A DNA stretch of 64,000 nt. It comes from a virus. Shown here piece by piece: positions 33,356 to 44,300 of the stretch. The DNA lies in IMG/VR virus record IMGVR_UViG_3300032285_003287, positions 17,718-81,717 of that record. One strand, 5' to 3'. The position numbers and the translations under genes were made by a program. Position 1 is the stretch's first letter; every line of letters begins with the position of its first letter. The notes under the pieces are model-generated. The model was given only the letters and a program-made list of their open reading frames with translations, made no database searches and had not been told where the DNA came from.

Positions 33356-33892
33356 ATGCCTACATTAAGACCATACAATGACCATAGCGAACATGAGGTT
33401 ATCAATCTGTTCACTGTCACTGGCGATCTTCCTCGCGGAACTTTCGTCACGGCAGCTGATCAGGGAGTAAACCTTTCTGACGCTAACACAATCGGACAGC
33501 TTTCCCCATTCGGGAATACTGTTTCTGCCGTATTCAACGTTCCTTGGAACGCAGTTGCTGCTCCTTCGGGCACAGCAAAGGCTTCTGTTATCGGAGCAAC
33601 TCTAAAGGATTTCCGCACATACGACGAGAATGGCGAGAAGCTACTTTTCCACCCACGCAAAGCGGCCGAAATGGACGTTATCATTAGTGGGCAAGCAGTT
33701 CCTGTTCTAACACGTGGTATCGTTCTATACAGTGGTATCGTTGGTACTCCTGGTTATGGAAGTGGAGCAGCCGTTTCCGACGCCGGAGATGGCAGTATTA
33801 AGGTTGTGGCTTATAACCCAGCAACTTCAATCGGTAAGTTCTTAGGACCTAAGAACGCCGCTGGACACGCCCTTCTAAAGATCGAGCTATAA
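33356..33892 (+). CDS. head decoration/cement protein
   Basis: 178 aa immediately before the MCP; highly expressed codon style; GQAVPVLTRG motif. Confidence 0.6.
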   Translation: MPTLRPYNDHSEHEVINLFTVTGDLPRGTFVTAADQGVNLSDANTIGQLSPFGNTVSAVFNVPWNAVAAPSGTAKASVIGATLKDFRTYDENGEKLLFHPRKAAEMDVIISGQAVPVLTRGIVLYSGIVGTPGYGSGAAVSDAGDGSIKVVAYNPATSIGKFLGPKNAAGHALLKIEL

Positions 33893-33916
33893 TCCTAACT
33901 AACACATTTTAAACAC

Positions 33917-35053
33917 ATGAAAATTCAATTCGAAAAAAACCCAGAGCAGATCGAGCTAATCAAGGCCCTTGCATCGGAAAACAAAACCGTTGCAGTACAG
34001 GCCCAAGAGGCATTCGCTGCATTCATTAGTGACGTAGTATTACAGGTTCTACTACAGGCTTCCACAGCCGGTTTAGTATACCGTGATATCGAGTTTGATG
34101 AGGACGATCAGCCCTCCATCCCGCTTGACCTATACTATGGACAGACAGAGGGAACAATTTCCGTCTGGAGTCAGACAGTCGGTGGTGGGCTACCAAGTAG
34201 TTTCGTTCAGGGAATGAACGAGATGAAGGTTAACACCTATCGTCTAGACAGTGCTATCTCCATGGAGAAGCGCTATGTTCGCCGCGCACGTCTTGACGTT
34301 GTCGCCGCTGGACTAGAGCGTATGGCAAACGAGCTTCTTGTAAAGCAAGAGCGTAACGCATGGGCAGTTGTTCTAAAGGCGCTAGCCGAAGCACAGACAT
34401 TTGGTAAGGATCACGTTCAGCGTGTTCAGACAAATGGCGTGTTCCAGTTAGACGACATGAACAAGCTATGGACTCTAATCCGTAGAATCAATGCTGCTTA
34501 CACAGGCGGTACTCCAAGTAACCTACAGTTCCGTGGTCTAACTGACATCTTCGTCAGTCCTGAGATCAAGGAGCAGATCCGTGGGTTTGCTTATCAGCCA
34601 ATGAACACACGTGCTGGTTCCCTAAATGGAACAAGTAGTGCTGGTTATGCCGCAACATCCGTTGCTCTTCCTGACAGTGTTCGCGAGGAAATCTATCGCG
34701 GGGCAGGTACACAGGAGATCTTCGGTGTGACAATTCACGAGCTACTAGAACTAGGTGCTGGACGTAAGTACAATGACCTATTCGGAGCTTTCAGTAGTAA
34801 GTCGTATGCCGATTACGCTGGTGGACAGAGTGCAACTTTCACAAGTGCAACTGACGACCTAATCATCGGTGTTGACTCCACACGTAACGCTTTCCTACGC
34901 CCAGTCGCCATCCAGAGCGAGAGCCGCGGACAGGTCAAGGTTCTTCCTGATGACCAGTTCCTAGCTCGTAGCCAGAAGGTCGGTTTCTACAGTTATGTAG
35001 AAGAGGGCCGCGTAGTAACTGACGCTCGTGCGGTTGTTGGACTACTAGTCTAA
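33917..35053 (+). CDS. major capsid protein
   Basis: 378 aa; strongly biased codon usage; position after scaffold/decoration genes; followed by a strong terminator. Confidence 0.8.
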   Translation: MKIQFEKNPEQIELIKALASENKTVAVQAQEAFAAFISDVVLQVLLQASTAGLVYRDIEFDEDDQPSIPLDLYYGQTEGTISVWSQTVGGGLPSSFVQGMNEMKVNTYRLDSAISMEKRYVRRARLDVVAAGLERMANELLVKQERNAWAVVLKALAEAQTFGKDHVQRVQTNGVFQLDDMNKLWTLIRRINAAYTGGTPSNLQFRGLTDIFVSPEIKEQIRGFAYQPMNTRAGSLNGTSSAGYAATSVALPDSVREEIYRGAGTQEIFGVTIHELLELGAGRKYNDLFGAFSSKSYADYAGGQSATFTSATDDLIIGVDSTRNAFLRPVAIQSESRGQVKVLPDDQFLARSQKVGFYSYVEEGRVVTDARAVVGLLV

Positions 35054-35075
35054 TACTGACAAAAAGTTAATCAAG

Positions 35076-35108
35076 AAACCCCTCTGGAAACAGAGGGGTT
35101 TTTCTTTT
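35076..35108 (+). terminator. Rho-independent terminator
   Basis: AAACCCCTCTG-GAAA-CAGAGGGGTTT followed by TTCTTTT. Confidence 0.92.
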
Positions 35109-35161
35109 GTATATTTAATTAAATAAATTTTAATTATACAGCACCTACGTTTATAATAAGT

Positions 35162-35539
35162 ATGGCAACTAAAAAGAAGAAAAATGTAACTTTAAACGCG
35201 TCTGTTCAGGTTGACGGCAAGGCCCAGTCTGGTAATGTTCCAGAGAGTTTATATGGGTCGCTGGATCAGATTCTAGGAGAAAACATCTCGGTATACAAAG
35301 CCGGTACGGTAGATGAATATCGCGCCCAAATTGCTGAAATGAATCAAACTGACTTACAAACACATGCCCTAAAGATTGGCCTGATTCCAATTGAGGACAG
35401 AAGAATTTTGGTTGGCAGACTAGTGCAGGAGTTTGAGCGCTGGCATTCAAAGATGCAGCCGCAGGGCAATGTTCGCGGCGCAAAGAAGATAGAAGATATT
35501 GACGAAAAAGCCAGAAAGATATTAAGAGAAGGCGCGTAA
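35162..35539 (+). CDS. hypothetical protein, 125 aa
   Basis: ATG ORF in the head-neck region. Confidence 0.7.
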   Translation: MATKKKKNVTLNASVQVDGKAQSGNVPESLYGSLDQILGENISVYKAGTVDEYRAQIAEMNQTDLQTHALKIGLIPIEDRRILVGRLVQEFERWHSKMQPQGNVRGAKKIEDIDEKARKILREGA

Positions 35540-35566
35540 TACCACATAATCTGTGTAAATTATTAT

Positions 35567-36109
35567 GTGAGCGACTTCAATAATTTCGTAAATAATATCT
35601 ATAACGAACTAGACCAGCCATCAGATTATTCTCCAGCGAGAATAAGTGGCTGGTTTTTAGATTCTTCTAATGTTGGAAACCTTAATAACCTAATCGGCAC
35701 ATCGTTTGTTCCGAGCGGTTTTTATAACGATTCTGGCGCTCTTACGGGCTATGGTATAGTGCCAGCTATAAGCGGAAACGAGCTTGGTATATTTAAATTG
35801 CTTTTTGAATATAATTATTATTATAGATTATCAAGATATACAGCAACCAGTATAATGACAGTAGGTCAGGACTGGATAAATCTTCAAGAAGGTGACAGCA
35901 AAATTACTAGAATTAACTACAATGAAGTTAGTAAAAATTTACGTGGGCTAGCCAAGGACGCAAAAGAAACGCTAGATAAGGCCGTTAAGATGTATCTAAA
36001 ATACGGCGCAATACCACAACAGGTAGTAGGTGACGATACTATAGGTATTAGTAACTATATTTCAACAAGCGAGGATAGGGGTACAATTAAAGATGACTTC
36101 TTATACTAA
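35567..36109 (+). CDS. putative head-tail adaptor
   Basis: Size and position after the MCP; EGDSKITR motif. Confidence 0.5.
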   Translation: MSDFNNFVNNIYNELDQPSDYSPARISGWFLDSSNVGNLNNLIGTSFVPSGFYNDSGALTGYGIVPAISGNELGIFKLLFEYNYYYRLSRYTATSIMTVGQDWINLQEGDSKITRINYNEVSKNLRGLAKDAKETLDKAVKMYLKYGAIPQQVVGDDTIGISNYISTSEDRGTIKDDFLY

Positions 36110-36543
36110 TGAACTATTTTAATAATGCGCAAAAGTCTGCCTATAGTAAACCATTCTATGATTTACATGATACGTTTTCGCGTAAAATAATAGTATATAA
36201 ACACCCTAATGCAACATTAATATCTAGTCAACCAGATTATAATTTTCTATACTCTCAGCAAACTGAGGCGCAAGTCGAATATACTCCTGTAAGCGGTGTT
36301 TTTCCAGCAACAATTAAATGGGAGCATGCATATAAAATCAATGATGCAAGAGATATTCGTCCAACAATTTTTGGTAATTATTGCCGTTTAAAGGTAAAGG
36401 CCGATGCGCTTGCTTTTATAAGTGGAGCGCGTGGACAAAGAATAGAAGTAGATGGACGTACTGTTAACTGGATAGGTAGTAGCGAAGTTCACGGACTGTT
36501 TACTGGAGACTTTTATCACATATACCTAAGGGAGGGAGAATAA
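36109..36543 (+). CDS. putative head closure protein
   Basis: Position; beta-rich 144 aa with IEVDG. Confidence 0.45.
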   Translation: MNYFNNAQKSAYSKPFYDLHDTFSRKIIVYKHPNATLISSQPDYNFLYSQQTEAQVEYTPVSGVFPATIKWEHAYKINDARDIRPTIFGNYCRLKVKADALAFISGARGQRIEVDGRTVNWIGSSEVHGLFTGDFYHIYLREGE

Positions 36544-36544
36544 T

Positions 36545-37120
36545 ATGGGAATGAGTATGGAGAAAATTAGGCTTGAAATATTAAATAATCCGGGTCTAGA
36601 AGCAGAAGCAAGAAAGCTGGCTAAACAGATACTGCAAGAAAATAAACAGGAACTAATTAACGAGTTTAATGCTCATCCTGTTACTATGGAAATTGAAGCC
36701 GGACCTAGTGCCTCTAATAGGTCAGGGACTCTAGGTAGCAAGGGTAATCTATTTTCTTTTATTGGTTTTAGCGAAGGAGACTCTCCGCTAGAGCCAGTTA
36801 GGGCACTTCTTGATAAGATACAGCTCGCTAGTACTAGAGCCATAAAGTCTGGGGCAGTTGTAGAATTTAAAGTTAACCTTCCCAGTAAGAGTGAGTTTGA
36901 AAGTGCTAGTAAAATGCCTTGGGAGAGCGGTCGTAGTTGGCTATATGATATAGAGCGCGCAATATCTGGACTTGGCAACTATTTATATGGTAGATTCCAG
37001 AACTCTAGATCTGGAACTGGAGTTCAGTTAGAGAAAAGTGTTACCAGTCAAACATTTACTCCTGTTAAATATTTTGGCACTATGCTAGATAAATTCGTTA
37101 ATAAATTAAAAGGAATATAA
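36545..37120 (+). CDS. putative neck/tail completion protein
   Basis: Position; basic 191 aa. Confidence 0.4.
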   Translation: MGMSMEKIRLEILNNPGLEAEARKLAKQILQENKQELINEFNAHPVTMEIEAGPSASNRSGTLGSKGNLFSFIGFSEGDSPLEPVRALLDKIQLASTRAIKSGAVVEFKVNLPSKSEFESASKMPWESGRSWLYDIERAISGLGNYLYGRFQNSRSGTGVQLEKSVTSQTFTPVKYFGTMLDKFVNKLKGI

Positions 37121-37121
37121 T

Positions 37122-37976
37122 ATGAAACCATCTTACATGACAAATTTGATGTCTAGTTTTTATTTATGGCTAGACCATGAGCTTGCTAGCGTTGGGCAGG
37201 CTTTTACTGTAACTAGCGGCAAGCTATATAAATCAGAAGATAGAAATTATGGGCAGCATAACGTTTATAGCTCGCCTTTTAGACAGTGGGTTTCTGATAG
37301 CAGTATAAGCGGAGCTTTTATTCCTAGTGAGATATATATAAATGGAATAAGTGTTGATAGGTCTAGTGGCATAACTATTAATTATAATAAGGGAGAGGTA
37401 TTACTGGATAAAGTACTTGGAGAGCCCAATAGTGTTACTGCCAGATATACTAAAAAAGATTTTAATATATATTATACAGACGAAAGGGAGGAGAACTTAT
37501 TATTTGAAAGCGCCCATACATTGACGCCCAAGTTCAATCAGGTTTCTGGGGGCCTAAATGGCGATGATCAACCATTTCCTTGTATTTTTATAAAGAATAC
37601 TTCCTATGAGAATAAGCCATACGCAATAGGTGGGCAAGATAAAACGTTAACTACTATAAGGTGTATTATTCTTTCTGATAATATGTATTTATTAGATGGG
37701 GCAATTGCTGTTATGGCCGATACTGCAAGAAAGGTATTTCCCGTAGTTCCTCCGTCTGAGTTGCCATATGATTATTATGGCGACATTAAGTCTGGGCAGG
37801 AATATAGATATTCACAATTAACTACCCAGCAAAATACAAATCTAGTATACATAGATAGGGTAACTGTATCAAGATTAGATGAAATAAGAAATAAACATAT
37901 CAATCTTAAGGTTGTGGCTGCTTTAGTGGATTTTGAGCTATGGCAAGCCAGAAACCCAAGAGCATATGCTGTATAA
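37122..37976 (+). CDS. putative tail terminator protein
   Basis: Position before the tail tube; FPCIFI...N.PY.IGG motif. Confidence 0.45.
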   Translation: MKPSYMTNLMSSFYLWLDHELASVGQAFTVTSGKLYKSEDRNYGQHNVYSSPFRQWVSDSSISGAFIPSEIYINGISVDRSSGITINYNKGEVLLDKVLGEPNSVTARYTKKDFNIYYTDEREENLLFESAHTLTPKFNQVSGGLNGDDQPFPCIFIKNTSYENKPYAIGGQDKTLTTIRCIILSDNMYLLDGAIAVMADTARKVFPVVPPSELPYDYYGDIKSGQEYRYSQLTTQQNTNLVYIDRVTVSRLDEIRNKHINLKVVAALVDFELWQARNPRAYAV

Positions 37977-38053
37977 TATATTTCCCAAAAATTCTCTTTT
38001 AAAGTGTCTTGAGGGAGCGCGTTAATGTAATTAAATAGAGAACTCCTAAAATT

Positions 38054-39145
38054 ATGTCTAGAAATCGTATCATTTATAATGTTTTAGCACTGTACGCCGG
38101 AAAGAATAACGCCATTAGTGGTAGTCATTCCAATGCTGGCGATATCAAGCAATTAACTCGCGTTCAGTCCTTTGACGAGGATTTCGCTAGAAATTTAACT
38201 AACGTTAACCAGTATGGAAACCTAGCTGCTATCGATCGTATCGAGATTACAGCTCCTACAGTTAAATCTAGTTTCTCTTACTATATTACAGATGGAGGTA
38301 ATGAAAACTTTGTTGGATTGAATGTTGCTACCGGATCTCAGTCGCTAGTATCGTGCGTTTCTGGGTATCTAACCAAAGCAACTGATCAGAAAAACTATTT
38401 CCTGCTAATTTCCGATGAGGGCCATGATGCCGCTGGATATACAAACGCCAGAACTGGAGTTATTGGAATTGGGAATGGTTTCTTAACGTCGTATGATGTT
38501 GAGGCGGCAGTTGGACAGATTCCTAAGGCGACCGTACAGCTGGAAGCCCTAAATGTTAGAGTTTACTCGAATGCAGACGGCACAAATGATGTTCCTGCAG
38601 TTAACCCAATTAACGGTCTACCTGTTACTGGAGTTCCATTCTTAATCCCAGCTGGACATACAAATGACAGTAATACACAGATTTCCGCGTTACAGCCCGG
38701 AGATATTACTCTAGATATCAATGGTCTAATTGGAGTTAATAAGGATGACTTAAAGATACAGAACTTTAAGCTAAATATCCCATTAGCCCGTCAGCCTATC
38801 ATGCGCCTTGGCAACAAGTTTGCATTCACACGTGAAATTCAGTGGCCAGTTAAAACAACCTTCTCGATCGATGCCGAGCTTGGAGATATTCAAGATGGCA
38901 ATCTAGCAGACGTTCTTTGCCAGACTGGAACATATGACATTAATGTAGGCTTCCGTAAGCCAGACTGTTCTGGACATGGACAGCAGGCATTAGTATATAA
39001 CTTCCGTGGTGCTAAGCTTCTGAATCAGAAGGTTAATACAAGCCTAGGACAGAACGCTAAGTTTACAGCAGAATTCGAGGCCCAGATTGGTGCGCCTGAA
39101 GATCTTGCTCACGGAGTATTTATCTCTGGAACATACGCAGCTTAA
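38054..39145 (+). CDS. major tail (tube) protein
   Basis: MSRNRIIY..., RVQS, LGNKF.F.R...P; highly expressed codon style; followed by a terminator, chaperones and tape measure. Confidence 0.7.
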   Translation: MSRNRIIYNVLALYAGKNNAISGSHSNAGDIKQLTRVQSFDEDFARNLTNVNQYGNLAAIDRIEITAPTVKSSFSYYITDGGNENFVGLNVATGSQSLVSCVSGYLTKATDQKNYFLLISDEGHDAAGYTNARTGVIGIGNGFLTSYDVEAAVGQIPKATVQLEALNVRVYSNADGTNDVPAVNPINGLPVTGVPFLIPAGHTNDSNTQISALQPGDITLDINGLIGVNKDDLKIQNFKLNIPLARQPIMRLGNKFAFTREIQWPVKTTFSIDAELGDIQDGNLADVLCQTGTYDINVGFRKPDCSGHGQQALVYNFRGAKLLNQKVNTSLGQNAKFTAEFEAQIGAPEDLAHGVFISGTYAA

Positions 39146-39169
39146 TTAAATATTAATTAATAAATAAAG

Positions 39170-39200
39170 AAAACGGGTGCCTAACGGTGCCCGTTTTTTT
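39170..39200 (+). terminator. Rho-independent terminator
   Basis: AAAACGGGTGCC-TAAC-GGTGCCCGTTTT followed by a T tract. Confidence 0.85.
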
Positions 39201-39252
39201 GTATAAGTGTAATAGTGTATGGTATAATAAGGTAAGCAAAGGAACAAGGTTA

Positions 39253-39486
39253 ATGAAAATAGAAATTAATAATTTCGTTGTTGGCGCCGTGTCAAACGAA
39301 GTAAAAAAACTTTATCTGTCTGTGCTATATTCCGCTGAGGACCTAGCTAGACAGGGAAAAATTAGTGATGAGGATTTTCAGTTCTTGCGTAAGCGCATTT
39401 TAGACCATGGCAATAATGCTATAAGAAATCTTGAGTTACAATTAGATAATTTTGATTTTGCTTTTAAAAATACACAAAATAAATAA
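39253..39486 (+). CDS. hypothetical protein, 77 aa
   Basis: ATG at 39253; RKRILD.GN..IR motif. Confidence 0.7.
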   Translation: MKIEINNFVVGAVSNEVKKLYLSVLYSAEDLARQGKISDEDFQFLRKRILDHGNNAIRNLELQLDNFDFAFKNTQNK

Positions 39487-39491
39487 TATAT

Positions 39492-40301
39492 ATGACGACC
39501 ACCAATAACGCAACAAAGAAATGGTATTACGAATTTAGCTCTACGGACAAGGAGACTAGTAAGGAGAGCAAATATGCTATATTGAAGCCAAACCGCAGAA
39601 TCCGCGAGGATGGAGAGCTTTTCTTTGCTAGTGAGACATCAAGATTTGCAAAAGCGGGAGTTCTGCCCAAGGCCGCATGGAATACAATTCTATCTAATGG
39701 TGGCGGCAGTATTAGTGAGAGCGAGCGCGAAAGTTATGGCAAGCTCCTATTGAATTATAGAGATAGAAGCTTTGAGTTACAGGCTATACTTGTAAAGAGC
39801 GAGGGTAATAGAACCGAACAAGAGAACAAGAGGCTTGACGAGATCATTATTGAACTTGAGGCGATTAAAAAAGATATTCAGAGTTTTGAGGCAGAGCAAA
39901 TCAATATTTTTGAAAATACTGCGGAAGCAAAGTCCAGAAATCGTACGATTTTATGGTGGGTTCTACAGTTAGCATATAAGCATGAGGACGATAAGTACGT
40001 ACCATTTTTTGATGGTGAAACTTTTAACGAGAAGTTGGATAACTATGATATAATTGAGGAGACAGGTAACGTAGAGTTGTCAGATGTTATCAAGCGTTTT
40101 ACGTATCTAACTACGCTATGGTTCTTGGGTAGGATTGAGACTACCGAAGACTTTGAAGCTTTTGATAAAGACTATTTAAAGCCAACTGATTCCGCGAAAG
40201 AGTCGGTAGAGGAGTCGGTAAAAACTGACGTTACTATTACTAGTCCAGAGGTAAAAGATGAGCCAAAGGACGAGCCAAAACAGGAACCGAAAGCTGAATA
40301 G
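39492..40301 (+). CDS. putative tail assembly chaperone
   Basis: Lies between tail tube and tape measure; helical, acidic. Confidence 0.5.
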   Translation: MTTTNNATKKWYYEFSSTDKETSKESKYAILKPNRRIREDGELFFASETSRFAKAGVLPKAAWNTILSNGGGSISESERESYGKLLLNYRDRSFELQAILVKSEGNRTEQENKRLDEIIIELEAIKKDIQSFEAEQINIFENTAEAKSRNRTILWWVLQLAYKHEDDKYVPFFDGETFNEKLDNYDIIEETGNVELSDVIKRFTYLTTLWFLGRIETTEDFEAFDKDYLKPTDSAKESVEESVKTDVTITSPEVKDEPKDEPKQEPKAE

Positions 40302-40307
40302 TAATGT

Positions 40308-41342
40308 GTGGAAAATAACCCGGCACAATATGGCGGAATATATAGCGATATAGCTAGGGGGTTTTCTGAAAAAATAATTGCTGGAAGGGAGTATTTTTTT
40401 AAGCACCCAACCCAAGCGGAGCATTTCGAGGTATTTAGCCGTTATAATTTCATTTTAAATGATGCAAAAAAACGTGGTCTACCTACCGAAGACGAGAAGA
40501 TAAAAGATGCTATAAAAAATGGTTGGTGGCTAGCTGACAAGGAGAACCGTTTCCTGCAGCTACGCGAGTCTATAAAAAATTTAAAAAAAACAAAAGATAA
40601 TCTATTGCTACCCTCGCAAAAAGACCAAATACAGTCACAAATAGATAGAAATAATTTTATATTAGTAACATTTATTAAAGAGCGCAATGAGGTTGTTGGA
40701 TATACTGCAGAAAAGTATGCCAACGAGCGCCTATACGACGAAACACTGCTGTCTTTAACCTTTAAAAATAGGGAGATGACCGAAAGGGTGTTCAGTGACC
40801 CAGATGAGTATTATTATTTATCTGATGACGCCGTGGAAAAGGTAAGAGATGCTTTCCATGGTAATGCCGACCTGTTCGCTGGTAATATGATTAAATATGT
40901 TGCTGCATCGACATTTTTTCAGAATATGTTGTATGTAACTCAAGAATGTGACGCGTTTCATTTTTGGGGGACGCCAGCAAGCAAATGTACTAAATATCAG
41001 ATTGATCTTTTGATTAATGGTAAGATGTATAAACAGGCAGTTAAAAGCGAGGCAGAAAGGGGTAAGAGTATTCCAGATGAGGTAATGTCTGATCCTGTTA
41101 AATTTGTTACTTGGTATGAGGCCAGAAGCGCAAATCTGGAAATGGAAAGCTCGTCTTCCGGTTCAAGCGTGGGGAGTTCTTCTACTGCCGTATCTAGTTT
41201 TGTTGGGGCAACATCCGAAGACTTAAAAAAAATGGGCGTTAAGGTTCAAAAAATAAAAGGGAAGAGCCTATTGGAAATGGCCGAGGAGAGCGGCGGTGTA
41301 CTTGAAAAACACCAATATCTCAATGCAAGAGATGGTAATTAA
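40308..41342 (+). CDS. putative tail assembly chaperone 2
   Basis: Immediately upstream of the tape measure. Confidence 0.45.
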   Translation: MENNPAQYGGIYSDIARGFSEKIIAGREYFFKHPTQAEHFEVFSRYNFILNDAKKRGLPTEDEKIKDAIKNGWWLADKENRFLQLRESIKNLKKTKDNLLLPSQKDQIQSQIDRNNFILVTFIKERNEVVGYTAEKYANERLYDETLLSLTFKNREMTERVFSDPDEYYYLSDDAVEKVRDAFHGNADLFAGNMIKYVAASTFFQNMLYVTQECDAFHFWGTPASKCTKYQIDLLINGKMYKQAVKSEAERGKSIPDEVMSDPVKFVTWYEARSANLEMESSSSGSSVGSSSTAVSSFVGATSEDLKKMGVKVQKIKGKSLLEMAEESGGVLEKHQYLNARDGN

Positions 41343-41383
41343 TGTGTAAATATCATAGAGCCTAATAAGCTCGGCAAAAGGAT

Positions 41384-44300
41384 ATGGCACTAGATACCAC
41401 ACTAAAAATTTCATTAGATTCTAGACAAGCTGAACAGCAAATAGATAGGCTTACTAGTAAAAACTATGGAATAAAGCTAAATATTGATTCGCAGCCACTC
41501 GGTCGTATAACTGGGCAGCTTAGTGAGTTTAATAAGTCTCTGGATGCTGCAAATGCGCGTGTAGTGGCTTTCGGTGCAAGTGCTGGGGCGATAGCGATTC
41601 TAGAGAAATCTTTTCGTGCGCTTATAGATTCCGCAATAGAGGTACAAAAATCACTAAAGGACATTCAGGTTGTCATGGATTCCTCAGATGCGGCTATTAA
41701 TAAGTTTGGTAAAAGCCTATTTGATGTAGCTAAGAATACCGGTCAAAGTTTTGCGGTTGTCGCAGAGGCAGCAACCGAGTTATCTCGTCAGGGATTAACA
41801 ATGGAAGAAACCCTCAAGAGAACTAATGAGGCTCTAATATTATCTAGATTAAGCGGACTAGGCGCAGCAGAGAGCGTTAGGACGTTAACTGCAACTGTTA
41901 ACTCTTTTTCCGCGCAAGCCGTAACTGCAAGCGAGGTTATTAATAAGTTTGCAAATGTTGATGCAGCGTTTGCGGTAAGTTCAAAAGATTTGGCCGAGGG
42001 TATAAGCAGAGTTGGCGCTAGTGCCGCGCAGTCTGGTGTTTCTATTGATGAGCTTATAGCATTGATAACTTCTGCGCAACAGGTGACCGCGAGAGGCGGC
42101 GCCGTAATAGGAAACTCTTTTAAGACAATATTTACGCGCTTGGAGCGTGGAAAAACTCAAGACCTATTAGAAAGCCTAGGAGTGAGCACGAAAGATTCCG
42201 AAGGAAAACTGAAGACCAGTATAGAAATGCTGAAAGACTTGGCTAGAGTATATGGAACATTAAATTCTGGAAAGCAGGCTGAAGTTGCGGAAAAAGTGGG
42301 CGGAGTATTCCAAATTAACATTTTAAAAGCTGCATTGGGAGACTTGGGTAAGCAATATTCTATATATGATAATGCATTAAAAATTTCTGCAAGTTCTACC
42401 GATGAGGCTATACAGCGTAATGAGAAATTAAATGAAACTTATGCTGCGCAAATAAATAGATTACAGCAGAGCGCCACGCAGTTAGCTGCTTCGGCTGGCA
42501 AGCAAGTTTTTGGCCCAAGCATGGATAGAATACTGGGCGCTGGAAATGGTATTTTAGATAGTTTAAATAATGTTGATAGTTCTAGTATTGGAGCAAAACT
42601 TGGAAAGGGAATTCTAGATGGTATCGGTCAAATACTTGCTGGACCGGGACTAGTAATGATTGGAGGGGTCGTAATTAAGTTGCTTGGGGATTTCTCCAAG
42701 TTCGCAAGTGGTAGTGTTAAGGAACTTTTGGGGTTGAATGGGGCAAGTAAGGAACAGGCTGCTATTCAAGCTAGTATTACAAAACTTTTAGAAAAAAATC
42801 CTAGTTTATTAGCGCAAATAAATAGCGAAGCAAAAACACAAAATGACCAAGCTAAAATACTTCTAGATTTTTATACAAAGCAGACGGCCCAGATGGAGTT
42901 GCAGTCCAAACTAACTTCGCAAATTGCGGCTCAGCTTTATACCGGCGGCGTTCGTATGGGGTCAGAAGGAGTACCAGTAAAGAAAAAAGCAGAAGGATAC
43001 ATTCCCGAGTTCGCAAGTGAAGAGGCGCAAGCAAAAATGCTTGGTGCAAAAAGCCCACGCGCAATGTGGAGTAGCGGAACTATTGGTGGACAAAAATTTA
43101 TTAAGAATAGCGAAGAAGATGAGATCGTTGGATATGGTCGCAATGGCGATTCGGCAGTTATACCTAGATATAGTGCTGGATATATACCTAATTTTGCTGG
43201 ACTAGCTTTAACTAGTGCTGGGCCAGGTTTGTTTACGGTAAATGGGCCAAAACAAGGGGGACGTGGTAATTTTACTACTTCTCCAATGGGTGCTGGTGCT
43301 ATATTAAAATCTTATAGAAAAGATTTATCTGCAGATCAAAAAAGTATTTTGGAGTCAGAAATTACTAGAAAAGAAATTCAAACCTCTTCTGCTGATGATT
43401 TATTAACTATCGGGAAAGGTGCAAATAAAAAAGTTGATTTAAATAATCTAGATTTATCTAGTGTGGATCCCAGTATTAGTAGTAAATTTGGAATATTTTT
43501 CCCCAATTCTGGTGGGTCGGAACTACCCATAAGACAGAGAGCTAGCGAGATTACCGCTTTGAATGGTTTGCCGGTTAAGGGTGCCGTAGTAACAAAATTA
43601 AAAACTGCGCCTATATTCCCTTTAAATGAAAAAGAAAGTGATTTTGATAATATTTTAGAGAAGCAATTTTTGCCCCCATTTAAATATTTATCCGAACAAA
43701 TACTTAATACATTTAAACCTGGATCTAAGCTTTCAGCTGAGCCTGATGTAAATAGCGCGTTCACATCTTCTGTAAGGGGTAGTATTTTTGAGAAGGCCGT
43801 GGGCGCAGCAACAGCTAAAACTACAGAGATATTTAAAGAGTCAAACGAATCAGACCAAGACCCTTTTGATTATGCACCTTTAAGCAATTATAAATTTTTA
43901 GCCTCAAAGCTGGGGGTTTCTACCGCAGCTGAAGCGAAGCTTTCGGTTAGCGCCGCGCATAACTTGCCAGCTAAAATTTTAGCTTATGATTCAGGCGCTT
44001 TATCTAAATTAAAAGATAAAATTTATCAAAAAATTAATAGTGAAAAAAATATCCGTACAGCCGCTTCTGGTTATATTCCAAACTTTGCCGATGCGCTACA
44101 TGAATCGATAGCCCGTGAAATTGGTGCCGGTGCGCCAGCGGATGAAATTTATGTTAAAAAATATGGACAACTAGCAAGCGAAAATAATCCAGATGGTTAT
44201 GGAGTATTTAACAAGCGCGACGAAGGTAGCGTGTCTAGAGAAATGCGCGCAATGCGTAAAAGGGGATATGCTCGTGGTTATATACCTAATTTTGCAGAGG

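Noticed and set aside
40290-40310. Readthrough or frameshift fusing the two tail chaperone genes
   Set aside because: The genes are in frame but separated by two stops (TAG TAA), and I see no slippery heptamer at the junction
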